This document shows, piece after piece, positions 20,822 through 31,065 of a stretch of DNA of 64,000 nt. The notes beneath the pieces are model-generated. The model worked only from the letters and a program-made list of their open reading frames with translations. It was not told the DNA's origin and ran no database searches. The position numbers were made by a program, and so were the translations under genes. The stretch lies in NCBI GenBank assembly GCA_031520405.1, contig GCA_031520405.1_4842.1; one strand, given 5' to 3'. Within the stretch, counting starts at the first letter, position 1; each line of letters begins with the position of its first letter. The DNA is from a phage.

Positions 20822-21391
20822 TTAGCCTTTAAAGCTGATCGGTTTCTGAACCCCGGCGTCGAAAGCAGCCTGGGTACGAGTATCGCTCACCACCTGACAG
20901 GTCTTGTCAAGATCGATGCGCGGGTATCCAAACACGCCAGCAATCAACGAACCAGGGAACTGGCCAAGTTTAGTTTCATAGATCGCACATGCGTCCAATT
21001 TTTTAGTTTGGCTAATGCGGAATTCATCCCGACCTGAGCTGATAACAACCTGAATCTCTTTGTACAAAGATGAATCAAACTGAATATTCTGTTCCTGAAT
21101 CCATTGCATTACTGCTTTAGAACCGTCTGCGCCATAACGGCCTTGGAAAGTATCTTTGATCACTTCCTTCAAACCGTTTTTGTACATGTCAGGAATCTGC
21201 GCCGTCTCCTGAACTTTGAGCGTGTAGTTGCTCAGGTGGTTTTCAGAATCTTTGTTGAACTTTTTGACCTGTTGTTCAATGCGGTTGAATTCATTGAAAT
21301 AGCTAACCACACTACCAATCCCAATTACAGCAAATGCTAGAATCGCCAACCCAACGATCCAACCAATTGAAATACCTTTACGTTGTGACAT
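20822..21391 (-). CDS. LemA-like membrane protein
   Basis: N-terminal TM helix; C-terminal block YETKLGQFPGSLIAGVFGY resembles LemA family. Confidence 0.45.
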   Translation of the reverse strand: MSQRKGISIGWIVGLAILAFAVIGIGSVVSYFNEFNRIEQQVKKFNKDSENHLSNYTLKVQETAQIPDMYKNGLKEVIKDTFQGRYGADGSKAVMQWIQEQNIQFDSSLYKEIQVVISSGRDEFRISQTKKLDACAIYETKLGQFPGSLIAGVFGYPRIDLDKTCQVVSDTRTQAAFDAGVQKPISFKG

Positions 21392-21406
21392 CTTTACTTC
21401 CTCTTG

Positions 21407-22516
21407 TTAAAACAAACGTTTATAAGTTCGACCATTGTACTGCATGCGGCCTAATATGAAAACTGCGGTAAAAGGGATACATCCAAACAGCACGACGATA
21501 ATCACTTCCCAAGTTTTAAGATCTCGCCATTTCAGATATTCCATTTCCTTCATCTCAACTCGGTTGTATCCCTTACTGATATTGACCGCAACTTCTTGGA
21601 ACACGGATATACCCATTGGTTTCCCAGTCAATGAAAGTCCGTTACGAGAATGGAGTTCCATGTTGTTCATGCCGTCGGCAAATGACGTAGACTTACCCCA
21701 ATTAATTTTCATATCCTTTGAAATATCGGTGACTACAATAACATCGTTCTTTTTACCGCCGGACCATGCATATAGAAGTCCCTGAAAATATTCAACAGGC
21801 TGGCCAGAAGTCACAACCCAAACGATATTAACCTGACGTGAAGCACCTAATGTTTTCAGAGTGTCGTTCAGATAATCATTCCAGTAATCAACAGGAATGT
21901 CCATCCCTGACATATTCAGAACACGGGTTACTCGGTAATAATCATACACCCTTGGATATGAAGGGATATGCTCTTTGAAATTCTCAGCGAATTGCTGGTC
22001 AGATTTAGAGAATAATGAATCTTTGTTGCCCAGCACATAATTCATATATGAATGTTCACGTGCCGCAGGTTCCCCGATTTTAACTTGTGCCCAACGCGGA
22101 GGCTCTGTAGTACCCTGACGATCAATACGGTCAATGCTCAGATCACCGACGGTTGTTAATACGTCCCAATCAACGTCATAAGAGTGCTCATAGCATGTGC
22201 TGCAATGACGCGTTTGTGTACAAGATCGGTTATTTCCTGAACCAGAGCAAGATGTTGTGTAATAGCACATACATTCATAAGAATGTTCACAACCCACCTT
22301 ATTCCGTTGCTTATCAGTTACATATCCATTCAAAATTTCCACGTCCCCAGAACTACCAAGGGAGAAAGCAGCATATAATCCCGACTGGATAAGGCAAGAC
22401 AATACGATAACAATGGCCGTGGCGATCAAAGTCTCCTTTGGCTCATGAGTCTTGCGGTGATATATCACAAACAAGATGGCCAAAATTACAGGAACCACAA
22501 ACAGAAGGTAAATCAT
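21407..22516 (-). CDS. Cys-rich integral membrane protein
   Basis: 369 aa; hydrophobic segments at both ends; Cys-rich stretch CEHSYECMCYYTTSC. Confidence 0.45.
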   Translation of the reverse strand: MIYLLFVVPVILAILFVIYHRKTHEPKETLIATAIVIVLSCLIQSGLYAAFSLGSSGDVEILNGYVTDKQRNKVGCEHSYECMCYYTTSCSGSGNNRSCTQTRHCSTCYEHSYDVDWDVLTTVGDLSIDRIDRQGTTEPPRWAQVKIGEPAAREHSYMNYVLGNKDSLFSKSDQQFAENFKEHIPSYPRVYDYYRVTRVLNMSGMDIPVDYWNDYLNDTLKTLGASRQVNIVWVVTSGQPVEYFQGLLYAWSGGKKNDVIVVTDISKDMKINWGKSTSFADGMNNMELHSRNGLSLTGKPMGISVFQEVAVNISKGYNRVEMKEMEYLKWRDLKTWEVIIVVLFGCIPFTAVFILGRMQYNGRTYKRLF

Positions 22517-22899
22517 AACACACCATCCACGAGTTGTTCCTTCGTCATACCAAGGAGTTGATTTTTGTGAGAACTGTGCGCCCCGTTCAATTTGAGCAAT
22601 TCCCAGCGTTCTTCATGATACTGTGGAGTTATTGCATCGTCAAAAGAAACATGGTGGCGATGCATAATTGTTGCAACGGTGTGAAGAACGATTGCTGTTG
22701 CTCTTTTTAAAGCACGTGTATCCGTGATGTGGTCTTCGTATTCGATTCCCATCAAATCGAGTTCTTTTCGGATATATGCTATAGACAAATCACCTTCAGA
22801 ATGCAATTTAACAATAGTCGCTTTCTTAGGATGTAATGCGCCGTCTGTTTCTTTCATGAACAGATCGTACAAATATTGTTTGTATCCTGACTGCGTCAT
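22513..22899 (-). CDS. hypothetical protein
   Basis: 128-aa ORF. Confidence 0.4.
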   Translation of the reverse strand: MTQSGYKQYLYDLFMKETDGALHPKKATIVKLHSEGDLSIAYIRKELDLMGIEYEDHITDTRALKRATAIVLHTVATIMHRHHVSFDDAITPQYHEERWELLKLNGAHSSHKNQLLGMTKEQLVDGVL

Positions 22900-23108
22900 T
22901 TAGATTCTCCCATGACGATAACGGAAGCGCCATTACGGAAGCATCCATATTCGGGTGGAAGACCTTCGCGAACCTTCTGTGTGAACGCTTCAGAAACTAC
23001 CAGACGGCCAACTCGAGAGTCTTTTTGTTTCGGGGTAGATTCAAAATAGTCGCCAAATGTCGCTTCCATATCGAGCACAGACATGTCTTCAATTCGTTGC
23101 ATTGCCAT
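22896..23108 (-). CDS. hypothetical protein
   Basis: 70-aa ORF. Confidence 0.35.
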   Translation of the reverse strand: MAMQRIEDMSVLDMEATFGDYFESTPKQKDSRVGRLVVSEAFTQKVREGLPPEYGCFRNGASVIVMGESK

Positions 23109-23119
23109 GATATAGGACC

Positions 23120-23311
23120 TCAGTATAATTTCGTATAAACTTGTTTAACGCCAATATCGGCAGGAGCTGTGCTCTGCTGCATATTATAGAATGCCAAATC
23201 TGCTTGTTCTTTGTTTTCAAAATCAACTACAACTGTGTGTACTGATATTGCTTCACCCTGTCCATAAGCATAACAACGGCTGGTGACCAATATTTTGTAT
23301 TGAGGTGTCAT
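23120..23311 (-). CDS. hypothetical protein
   Basis: 63-aa ORF. Confidence 0.35.
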   Translation of the reverse strand: MTPQYKILVTSRCYAYGQGEAISVHTVVVDFENKEQADLAFYNMQQSTAPADIGVKQVYTKLY

Positions 23312-23347
23312 AAATCAATCCTTGCAAAAAGAAAGGGGAACGGGCTA

Positions 23348-23373
23348 ATAATAACCCATTCCCCTTTATTGAA
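23348..23373 (-). promoter_or_regulatory. box-hairpin module: TTCAATAAA-N11-TATTAT
   Basis: same spacing as 20116..20142; arms ggggaa/ttcccc; U-tract follows. Confidence 0.45.
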
Positions 23374-23392
23374 GAACGCAATCGCAATCAGA

Positions 23393-23559
23393 TTACTTTT
23401 TCTTCAGCTCGTCCAGTTTGGCTTCGATTTGTTCCAGGATGTCTTTACCCTTCTGAACAATCACTTCACCGTCTTGCGCGTGTTTACGGAAGACCAGAGC
23501 GCCAGCTACGAAGCCGACAACAACGCCAGGAAGCGCGTACACCAACAGATCTTGTAACA
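23393..23559 (-). CDS. small single-TM protein (55 aa; below ORF-track cutoff)
   Basis: ATG with GAGGAT SD; reads MLQDLLVYALPGVVVGFVAGALVF...; preceded by TATAAATA box and hairpin, followed by terminator. Confidence 0.4.
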
Positions 23560-23584
23560 TGATAATATCCTCACTTTATAGGTG

Positions 23585-23596
23585 AGGATATTTATA
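23585..23596 (-). promoter_or_regulatory. T4-type late promoter box TATAAATA with downstream 5'UTR hairpin
   Basis: minus-sense TATAAATA about 28 nt upstream of ATG at 23559; 10-bp inverted repeat atatcctcac/gtgaggatat between them. Confidence 0.45.
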
Positions 23597-24832
23597 TCAG
23601 CGCTTCAACAAAGACATGAGGTTTACACTGGTCGACTTCGGATTGTCCTCTATCTTTCGGACGGGCATTTTCAGATTAGTGTAAACCTCAGATGGTTCCC
23701 AACGCGTACCCTGCTGCAGGTGCCATATATGTAGAGGAACACCCGTCTCAAAGAACACAGGCATCTTCCACTTCTGGACGCCAGGAACGTGCCCTGTAGG
23801 AGCTTTTTCGCACAACAGGGTATCTGGTAGCCAGAGGGAACGGGCTTCCCAGAGAGGCGCACAGGAGTATTCAGGCCAAATACGCTCCATATAATCGATC
23901 TCGTCCCATGTACGCTCGGCGTCCCACCCGATGTAACGGGTATTCTTCAGTCGGAAGAATTTCTTCAGCCAACAAGCACCGGAGGTCTCAAAGTTCAGAC
24001 GATTGATAAACGTGATGTGGCCGAACTCTTCAACGCATTCCTGAAATGCTTTCTCAAGGTCGGTTTCGAGTATATCACATTCTTCGTCTGTAATAGGACA
24101 ACCGTTGATCTTTTTCTTCCCGTGCTTGGTCACCCAGTCGTCACGGTTTGACAAGAATGCCGCGCCGTTGCGGTTGGACTCGCTGCCATCGCGGTCACGC
24201 AACATGAAGCCAGGGACGTCTATATCCCATATGTTACCGAAGACCATGTTCAGGGCTTCCAGGAAGTTCCATGCGCTCAGGCGACCGAAGTATTTCCATG
24301 ACATCGCCGTATTCCACAGTTCAGTGAACTGGTCTTCCTTGGTAGTGCATTCCAACATCCAACGAAAAGAATCCATTTGGGTTTTACCACCCAACCAATC
24401 GATATAGGACTGAACGCACGGAATCATCTTCGACTTACGATAACGACAATCTGTATCGAAGCGCATACGATCAAAGTTCAGGTTATACCAATCAGAAAAT
24501 CGCTGAAACTCTTTCGGAGATTGTGGGGGTACAGGAAATTCACTGTAAATTGTCCATGGTCCAATCCCATTATAGCAACAACCCCACAAAAAGGCCATCC
24601 AAATCTTGCGCTCGATCTTCTCGAGCTGTGTGATGCCTTCTGTAACCTCTATGGCATAATCCATCAGACGGACTTGCTGGTTATGCTCTTCAGTGTAGGA
24701 TAGCGCCTCCACCCATGCCTTGAGCAGGTACATGCGATTTTCTGGCTTACGATAATCTACTGCCAGATCAATCGGGTATTTCCATTTTTCAGGGGCTTTA
24801 TATCCCTGCGGCATTTTAGAAATGTGTATCAT
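23597..24832 (-). CDS. hypothetical protein (411 aa)
   Basis: long ORF with no motif I can name; a DNA-modification role is a guess. Confidence 0.45.
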   Translation of the reverse strand: MIHISKMPQGYKAPEKWKYPIDLAVDYRKPENRMYLLKAWVEALSYTEEHNQQVRLMDYAIEVTEGITQLEKIERKIWMAFLWGCCYNGIGPWTIYSEFPVPPQSPKEFQRFSDWYNLNFDRMRFDTDCRYRKSKMIPCVQSYIDWLGGKTQMDSFRWMLECTTKEDQFTELWNTAMSWKYFGRLSAWNFLEALNMVFGNIWDIDVPGFMLRDRDGSESNRNGAAFLSNRDDWVTKHGKKKINGCPITDEECDILETDLEKAFQECVEEFGHITFINRLNFETSGACWLKKFFRLKNTRYIGWDAERTWDEIDYMERIWPEYSCAPLWEARSLWLPDTLLCEKAPTGHVPGVQKWKMPVFFETGVPLHIWHLQQGTRWEPSEVYTNLKMPVRKIEDNPKSTSVNLMSLLKR

Positions 24833-25014
24833 CCGATTTTACTCCCGAGTTCAACACGGAACGCCAGATAGAAGAAAGTGGCGATCGATACAGGACATAT
24901 CACCAAGAATGGGCGCTGTTGCACCCCTTCTGTGACCATGACGCCGACCAGCGAAACCGTAAAGATAACGAACATCAACATCATGAAGATAAAATCAACC
25001 TGCTTGATTTTCAT
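24829..25014 (-). CDS. small membrane protein
   Basis: 61 aa, two hydrophobic helices. Confidence 0.35.
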   Translation of the reverse strand: MKIKQVDFIFMMLMFVIFTVSLVGVMVTEGVQQRPFLVICPVSIATFFYLAFRVELGSKIG

Positions 25015-25381
25015 CTTTCGCTTCCTCTACAGGAGAAACAACTTCAGGCTCAGCTTCGGGAGCCAGCTGAATTTCTTCGGGGCTTACTACGGGCTGTCCC
25101 AGAGACCAGATAGGCAGGAAACGACGATCATTCGTCACCAACCAAATTTGCTTGGCGGTTTTCGTCTTTTCGGAAATAAAATGCTGGGCATTGACTTGGG
25201 TACGAGCCAAACCCACCTGACGCCAAGAACCGAAATCCTTAGAAGAAGGATTGGTATTCAGTTGAAATTGTGGGACGATTTTATTCTGTTCCGGATAATA
25301 ACGGACAGCGTTAATCATCTTCGCATCACCACGGTAATCAATAGCAACAGCGACAACGTTGCGTGGAATGAGGATTTTCAT
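24995..25381 (-). CDS. hypothetical protein
   Basis: 128-aa ORF. Confidence 0.4.
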   Translation of the reverse strand: MKILIPRNVVAVAIDYRGDAKMINAVRYYPEQNKIVPQFQLNTNPSSKDFGSWRQVGLARTQVNAQHFISEKTKTAKQIWLVTNDRRFLPIWSLGQPVVSPEEIQLAPEAEPEVVSPVEEAKDENQAG

Positions 25382-25382
25382 T

Positions 25383-25586
25383 TTAATTCCTTTTGAAACT
25401 CTGAATTATGTTATAGACGAAAGGCGTTAATAAGATAGCACCCCCCAAATAATATAACGCGTAAACGTTCAATATTTCGGTTGAATCCAACTCAACGATG
25501 CCCAAATATTTCATGACACCGACAAGCACAGCTGTGATACACATCACCAATCCGACGAACACAAAATATTTAGACATCTGTTTCAT
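25383..25586 (-). CDS. small membrane protein
   Basis: 67 aa, hydrophobic. Confidence 0.35.
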   Translation of the reverse strand: MKQMSKYFVFVGLVMCITAVLVGVMKYLGIVELDSTEILNVYALYYLGGAILLTPFVYNIIQSFKRN

Positions 25587-25588
25587 TT

Positions 25589-26494
25589 CTAACCCTTACT
25601 CAACAGGCCGAGAAGGGATACAGAGGACTTTGTTACCTCTCCCTTGGCGCTCGCCTTGGTTTTAGATTTGGTCGCCTTCTCAGGGACTCGATGCGCTAGA
25701 GGATCATCCCCACCGACTTCACGCGTCATTGGGTCAGTTTCACAGAATCCGTAGAAATCTTTGATGTCCAGACCCATGGCGTGAAACTCACCACGCATTT
25801 GATGATGAATAGCGTTGCCAATCACCCACAAAGGTGCATCAAACGGCATCATGGCTAATTCGCTATCATTTCCTGTTTTGAATTCTTGAGTGTTTGTAGA
25901 CGATTGGCGATACAACACGTCTTGACCGCTGTAATCATTGACCACCACTTCCCAACCCAGCGCCAGCATTTCAGTCTTCGACTTCTCAAACTCCTTGGAG
26001 TAAGATTCGTTGCGTGACCAGCCGGAGTCCCCCGCTTCCTTACCAGAGCGTCCACGGATGCGAGCATCGTACTGATAGCGGTCAGGGTATGCAAAGTACA
26101 GCAGTGCCAGTGATTCAATCGGATAGTTCTTGAACATCCATTCAGGACGCCATTTATCCGACAACATGAGGGGTTCACCCTCGCACACCAAAGTGTAACC
26201 CTGAGCCAGCCAGCCTTTGACCAGATCACGGGCGATATCACCCGAGCCTGTGGCGGCGTGGATGGCGTCCATGGAAGTCCAGGAAGCCAGACCGGATTTG
26301 TTGGACACAGTATACTGGCCAACGAAGATTAACTTCAGCTCTTCGAATTTCAGACCGAATGGGCGCGTCTTGTCACCAATGGTGTAGGTGAGTTCAGTAG
26401 GCTCCAGCTTAGTTCGGAGCCATTCGATGAACTGGACCACTCTCGTACCCTTGCCCACGCCACTTGTTCCCTTCACTACAATTATTTTAGCCAT
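25589..26494 (-). CDS. P-loop kinase (candidate nucleotide/DNA-base kinase)
   Basis: N-terminal Walker A VKGTSGVGKGT. Confidence 0.5.
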   Translation of the reverse strand: MAKIIVVKGTSGVGKGTRVVQFIEWLRTKLEPTELTYTIGDKTRPFGLKFEELKLIFVGQYTVSNKSGLASWTSMDAIHAATGSGDIARDLVKGWLAQGYTLVCEGEPLMLSDKWRPEWMFKNYPIESLALLYFAYPDRYQYDARIRGRSGKEAGDSGWSRNESYSKEFEKSKTEMLALGWEVVVNDYSGQDVLYRQSSTNTQEFKTGNDSELAMMPFDAPLWVIGNAIHHQMRGEFHAMGLDIKDFYGFCETDPMTREVGGDDPLAHRVPEKATKSKTKASAKGEVTKSSVSLLGLLSKG

Positions 26495-26835
26495 TATGCA
26501 TCTTCCTCAATACGCCAGCTCACACCGCCCATCCATGGTGCCCAGAACACAGCAACCTGTGGGCGGCCATTCTCTTCAAACTTCACTTTATACTGGTCGT
26601 CGAAGTTATAGAAAATTTCATCGTCATCTGGTGCCATACCGTTTTCTATCAGAACACGCTTTAACTCCAGCGCCGCACCAACGGAAGTGGGTGTGGTTTG
26701 TTTACGAATGAAGTTGTTCACATGGATAATAACGCCATCCATATCGCTATCACCGGAACGCTTGTCTGGGGTTTCCCCAAACTTGGATTGTTCTTGCACG
26801 ATGTCCTCCTCAATGGACGTATTGATAATGGCCAA
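26494..26835 (-). CDS. hypothetical protein
   Basis: 113-aa ORF. Confidence 0.4.
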   Translation of the reverse strand: MAIINTSIEEDIVQEQSKFGETPDKRSGDSDMDGVIIHVNNFIRKQTTPTSVGAALELKRVLIENGMAPDDDEIFYNFDDQYKVKFEENGRPQVAVFWAPWMGGVSWRIEEDA

Positions 26836-27652
26836 TCAGGCGGTTCACCACTTCGACAATATTGCGGTTCAGGAAGTCGAAGTGGTTCTGGCCTTCTACT
26901 GGTTTAATATAAAGCATATCTTCCGAGTTCGAAAGATCCAGTTTTTCATAATTTCCCTGAGGAACAAAGATGACAAAAATATTGTTCATCGCACAGGGTT
27001 CAACGTATTTCGGGTTATCATCAATTAAAACATCACCTGCCAAAAGATGCTTTTCGTCGGTGCTGACAAACCCGTTGAAGATGCCAGGGAACTTGTCATA
27101 GACAAACTGGCGCTTGCTGCGCTCGTGTTCTGGCTCACACTTAGATACTGCGATCAATTCAACATTTTCAAAGTCTTCGAGAAGGATCTTCTTCAGATTC
27201 ACCAGGAACTCGTAAGCGCCTGGAAGCGGGTTCATCTTGGCATACAGGTCCGGCATGCGCCACCAATCCATAGGATCACGTCCTGTAGGTGAATCCATCC
27301 ATTGACCAGCAACAAACACACGGCGCGTCAACCATGCTGGGTGAGCGCGTTCCCGCATGAGGATCGCCAAATCACCAGCATGAGCCATATAGCACTCTTT
27401 GGTGATACGCTGGAAATCATTGGGATAATCATGACAACCCATGTTTTCAGCAGCAGCTTTTGAATTGGAAATATTAAACCAATCCACCCAAGGGGAGAGG
27501 CTATCAACCAAAGTCAAGTCTACGTCTACCAGGATACGATACATTCCACCGATTTTAGAATTGGCATCATACAGACCAACATGATTATTCATCAGACTTC
27601 TCCACTTGATCATAACCAGTTGCGGTGCATTGCTCTTCTGTGCAATCTGCAT
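26810..27652 (-). CDS. HAD-superfamily hydrolase (possible 5'-deoxynucleotidase)
   Basis: HAD motif I DVDLT; true start probably the internal Met near 27544. Confidence 0.4.
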   Translation of the reverse strand: MQIAQKSNAPQLVMIKWRSLMNNHVGLYDANSKIGGMYRILVDVDLTLVDSLSPWVDWFNISNSKAAAENMGCHDYPNDFQRITKECYMAHAGDLAILMRERAHPAWLTRRVFVAGQWMDSPTGRDPMDWWRMPDLYAKMNPLPGAYEFLVNLKKILLEDFENVELIAVSKCEPEHERSKRQFVYDKFPGIFNGFVSTDEKHLLAGDVLIDDNPKYVEPCAMNNIFVIFVPQGNYEKLDLSNSEDMLYIKPVEGQNHFDFLNRNIVEVVNRLIGHYQYVH

Positions 27653-27929
27653 ACAGAACCACAGAAGATTCCTTCACGTAAGTGGTACAGTGATAGGTTT
27701 CATCTTCCTGGATGGAATCGTCATAATTGCAAACAGTTTGCAACGGACCAGGAGTGGTGTTATCCAACGCAGCATGTGCCTTGATGGTGTCTTCCATCTT
27801 ATTCACCGCTTGCTGATTGGTGAACGTCGGCGCATCGAGGTCAACAGTAGACGCAACGTCCAGAAGGGTAGAGCATGCAGTGGTAGAGAAAGCCAGAGCA
27901 CACACCAGAAGAATCTTATTGAGTTTCAT
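27585..27929 (-). CDS. putative lipoprotein
   Basis: MKLNKILLVCALAFSTTAC signal with lipobox-like Cys; track start 27947 is a TTG. Confidence 0.45.
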   Translation of the reverse strand: MKLNKILLVCALAFSTTACSTLLDVASTVDLDAPTFTNQQAVNKMEDTIKAHAALDNTTPGPLQTVCNYDDSIQEDETYHCTTYVKESSVVLYADCTEEQCTATGYDQVEKSDE

Positions 27930-27963
27930 AACAATACCTGTTGTCAAAGGGATAACAGGGGGA

Positions 27964-27989
27964 ATTATATCCCCCTTTGGTTTATTGAA
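27964..27989 (-). promoter_or_regulatory. box-hairpin module: TTCAATAAA-N11-TATAAT
   Basis: directly after DNA polymerase stop; arms ggggga/tccccc with TATAAT in loop; lipoprotein gene follows. Confidence 0.45.
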
Positions 27990-30986
27990 TCAACCTTTCT
28001 TGCCCATCATGGACAACAGATTAACTCGACGTTTATGAGACCAACCAACCACATCCAAGATAGACTGAATTGGCTCTATAAAGGTCTTTTCAAACGTGGT
28101 GTGGTAATCCACCCATTTATCCAATCCCAATTCTGGAGGAAGGAAGTCAGGGAAGGCTATGCGATCATTCCCCACAGGATTGCCAGGTTTCAGGTTGATG
28201 ATTTTAACCTTATCGCCAGATTCGATAGGGGGAAGACCGAGATCTTCGTGCTTATCGATCAGCTTGTTGTACATAATACAAGCCTTGGCAGCAAAGTGCG
28301 TACCGCTGATGTAATTCCCGTTCGCGTCTAACCACTTCTCAATATCGCTCACACCAGATGCCTGAGCGATATCATCCACGGTGAGTTCCATATATTCCTT
28401 TTTGTATCCAGCGATTAATTCCTGAACCTCTGCCTCAGTACCGAGCAGGACTTTCTCATAACATTTAACCAGACGCTCACGACACCACTCAGGAGTGGTT
28501 GATTTACGCGCTTCCAGACCTTTGAATTTGATCTTTGGTTTCTCATACTTGATGCCTTCGCTATCGTATACTGCCATACAATACATCTTCTTGGCTCGCC
28601 ATACAGCAGACGATGCGATGACCTCACGTTCCCAGACCATGCGCTGCTCAAACCCGTTCATGGTATTACACAACAACTGCGCCCATTCACTGGTTTTTGG
28701 CTGGTAATTCTCTTTGATCCATTGGTCAATGTTATCAACGAGTTTGTGATGGTCCTTTTCTTCAGGCCACAATTGCTTGACCAGGCGTTCAATGCAAATG
28801 TAGTTGGAGTCTGTATCACCTGCGATAACAAAATCCTGACCAGTGGTGCCACAAAGTTTGTTCAGATAATCATCAGTGTGGCGTTTGTTCCATTTATTGA
28901 TCAGCTGGCCGGAAGTGGTAATTGCTTCAGCGATGTTGATGTTGAAGTATTCTTTAAACCAGACGTTAGAAATTGCACCATATCCTGCGTTCATCAAGAT
29001 CTTCAGACCTTGTTGTAACGTATCTTGGGCAACTCCCAAATCTTCCCACTTGTGCATGACTTCAGTCAGGTGATCAAGGTCGATATGCTTGTGTTCTTCA
29101 TACCATTCAGGATCGTAGAAACGAGACTTCATGGCAGATTCAAGGTGGAAATCACCTTTAGACATTTCCTTACACCAACCAGCCCATTGCTCATACTTCA
29201 GGCCAGTTGCTTTCTCTCCTTTACGGTCAGCGTATATGCCTCGCATAATTTCGGAAAGGAAAGACATCTTCTCATTACTGAAGAATTGAACGTTCGGGGT
29301 AAACGAAACGTTATATCGACGTAATGTTTCAAAATGGAATTCACCCAGCGCGACCAATTCATCAACAACTTGTATGCGTTCATCAATAGCACGCTGCAGC
29401 TTGTCGTGAAGATTTTTGAGATGACGGCGCTTGTTCATAGGCGTTGTCATATCATTCATCGCTTTGGTCAATTCTTCACACATGGACTCAATGATATCGC
29501 GACGTGTGTGCTTGTCAGAAACGATAGTCTCAGGACCAAGGTTGTATTGCTGTATGATGTGGGGATACAGGGAGTTTAAGTCCTCAGAGAATACCCAGAA
29601 ATATATCCCTGGTGCAACCTCCATGACATATGCGCCTTCAAAGTCCGTTGGACCATCATATACACGCTGTATTTTAGGGACAATCCCCTTTTCATAAAGA
29701 CGATAGTAACACATCGCCAGCCATGGTGCTACAGTCCCAAGACCGTCTTCATAGTTAGATTTGGTGCGATACGCCAATACGAACATCAGCTGTATCAAAC
29801 GCAGCTTTTGTTCTAAACGCCACACGAGTTTGACGTCTTTGATACCATATCGGGTGTGTTTGCAATAATCATTAAAATATAGATCATACAATGACTTGCT
29901 TTCACTATAATCCAACTTCTTCTCACCGAGTTCACAATAAGCGATCCAATCCAGTGAGTATTTTTCGCGGGTTGTGTACGTGTGTTTCTTGTAAACTTGC
30001 ATGTAGTCCATCATAGGACAACCCACGAATTGATAAGAAGTCACGTCGCCTTTACGGTCTTTGATGAAACGTTTCTTGAGTTTGCCCCAAGGACTGAGGC
30101 GCTCTGCCTGGGTTTCGCCGAGAACCTGCGTAATACGTTCAACCAAGTACGGGCTATCAAACGTTTCGATGTTCCAGCCAGTCCAACCATCAAATTGACG
30201 TTCAGACCAATAATCTAAGAAGGCGCGAAGAAGTTCTTGTTCAGTCGTGTATTCTTTGTATTCAACCTCAAGACCACCTATCTCTTCATCATTTGGATCA
30301 TATTTGAATTTATGGCGATCCTTAGAACACGGCATACCCCAGACATAGAACTTGTTGGTGTTCATGTCTTGAAGCTGGATGAGCGTAATAGGGAAGGCGG
30401 CATTCATGTTCTGTGTGATCTTCCCATTACTATCAATGATAGGGAACTGGTCAGTCACGTTGTTGGAAATAAAGGAACCTGGGAAATGCTCTCGAACGAA
30501 ATCATGGTTGGCCAACACTTGCTTATGGAATCGGCGAACACGCGCCTCACTCCCCTTAAACGTGTGGGATTCAATCGTCGCGTGAGGAAATGGGCCTTTA
30601 GTCATTTCTCCATCGCGCCACCCAGCCGAGAAAACTTCGATATCCACGTTGGCGATGTGAATATTTGAGTAATCGGGGGTAATCATCCCAGGAAAACTAT
30701 GCGCTATGAATTGATATGCATAATCCGTTTGTCCGTAAACGGCAGCGCCTTCGACCTCCTTATATTCCTCCAGATAGTTGTCGGCGTCACGCATTGACGC
30801 AAATTTTTTAGACACCAACGGTTCATTGAGGAGGCCAATCTTTTCAACTTTGGAATAATCGGCTGTGGGTAAATACAAGGTGGGTTCGAATTTCTTACGC
30901 AACATACGGCGATTGCCGTTGTCGTCTGCAATACGAATCAGAAGGTCGTTACCCTGTCGGGCAACGTTCGTATAGAAAACAGTCAT
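27990..30986 (-). CDS. family B DNA polymerase (T4 gp43-like)
   Basis: FDGWTGWNIETFDSPYL exonuclease block and polymerase blocks comparable to T4 gp43; start re-set to ATG with GGAG SD (track 27990..31145). Confidence 0.85.
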   Translation of the reverse strand: MTVFYTNVARQGNDLLIRIADDNGNRRMLRKKFEPTLYLPTADYSKVEKIGLLNEPLVSKKFASMRDADNYLEEYKEVEGAAVYGQTDYAYQFIAHSFPGMITPDYSNIHIANVDIEVFSAGWRDGEMTKGPFPHATIESHTFKGSEARVRRFHKQVLANHDFVREHFPGSFISNNVTDQFPIIDSNGKITQNMNAAFPITLIQLQDMNTNKFYVWGMPCSKDRHKFKYDPNDEEIGGLEVEYKEYTTEQELLRAFLDYWSERQFDGWTGWNIETFDSPYLVERITQVLGETQAERLSPWGKLKKRFIKDRKGDVTSYQFVGCPMMDYMQVYKKHTYTTREKYSLDWIAYCELGEKKLDYSESKSLYDLYFNDYCKHTRYGIKDVKLVWRLEQKLRLIQLMFVLAYRTKSNYEDGLGTVAPWLAMCYYRLYEKGIVPKIQRVYDGPTDFEGAYVMEVAPGIYFWVFSEDLNSLYPHIIQQYNLGPETIVSDKHTRRDIIESMCEELTKAMNDMTTPMNKRRHLKNLHDKLQRAIDERIQVVDELVALGEFHFETLRRYNVSFTPNVQFFSNEKMSFLSEIMRGIYADRKGEKATGLKYEQWAGWCKEMSKGDFHLESAMKSRFYDPEWYEEHKHIDLDHLTEVMHKWEDLGVAQDTLQQGLKILMNAGYGAISNVWFKEYFNINIAEAITTSGQLINKWNKRHTDDYLNKLCGTTGQDFVIAGDTDSNYICIERLVKQLWPEEKDHHKLVDNIDQWIKENYQPKTSEWAQLLCNTMNGFEQRMVWEREVIASSAVWRAKKMYCMAVYDSEGIKYEKPKIKFKGLEARKSTTPEWCRERLVKCYEKVLLGTEAEVQELIAGYKKEYMELTVDDIAQASGVSDIEKWLDANGNYISGTHFAAKACIMYNKLIDKHEDLGLPPIESGDKVKIINLKPGNPVGNDRIAFPDFLPPELGLDKWVDYHTTFEKTFIEPIQSILDVVGWSHKRRVNLLSMMGKKG

Positions 30987-31065
30987 TGTTTGTCTCCGGT
31001 TAACCGTGCCGTTAGCACGTCCCCGTAATTTAGCTGAGGAACGTTCAATGACCAAGGAGTTTATT

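Noticed and set aside
24878-25396. 172-aa plus-strand ORF
   Set aside because: Antisense to a run of tightly packed minus-strand genes; no SD or promoter context
27606-28331. 241-aa plus-strand ORF
   Set aside because: Lies entirely antisense within the DNA polymerase gene; low-complexity translation; typical antisense artefact
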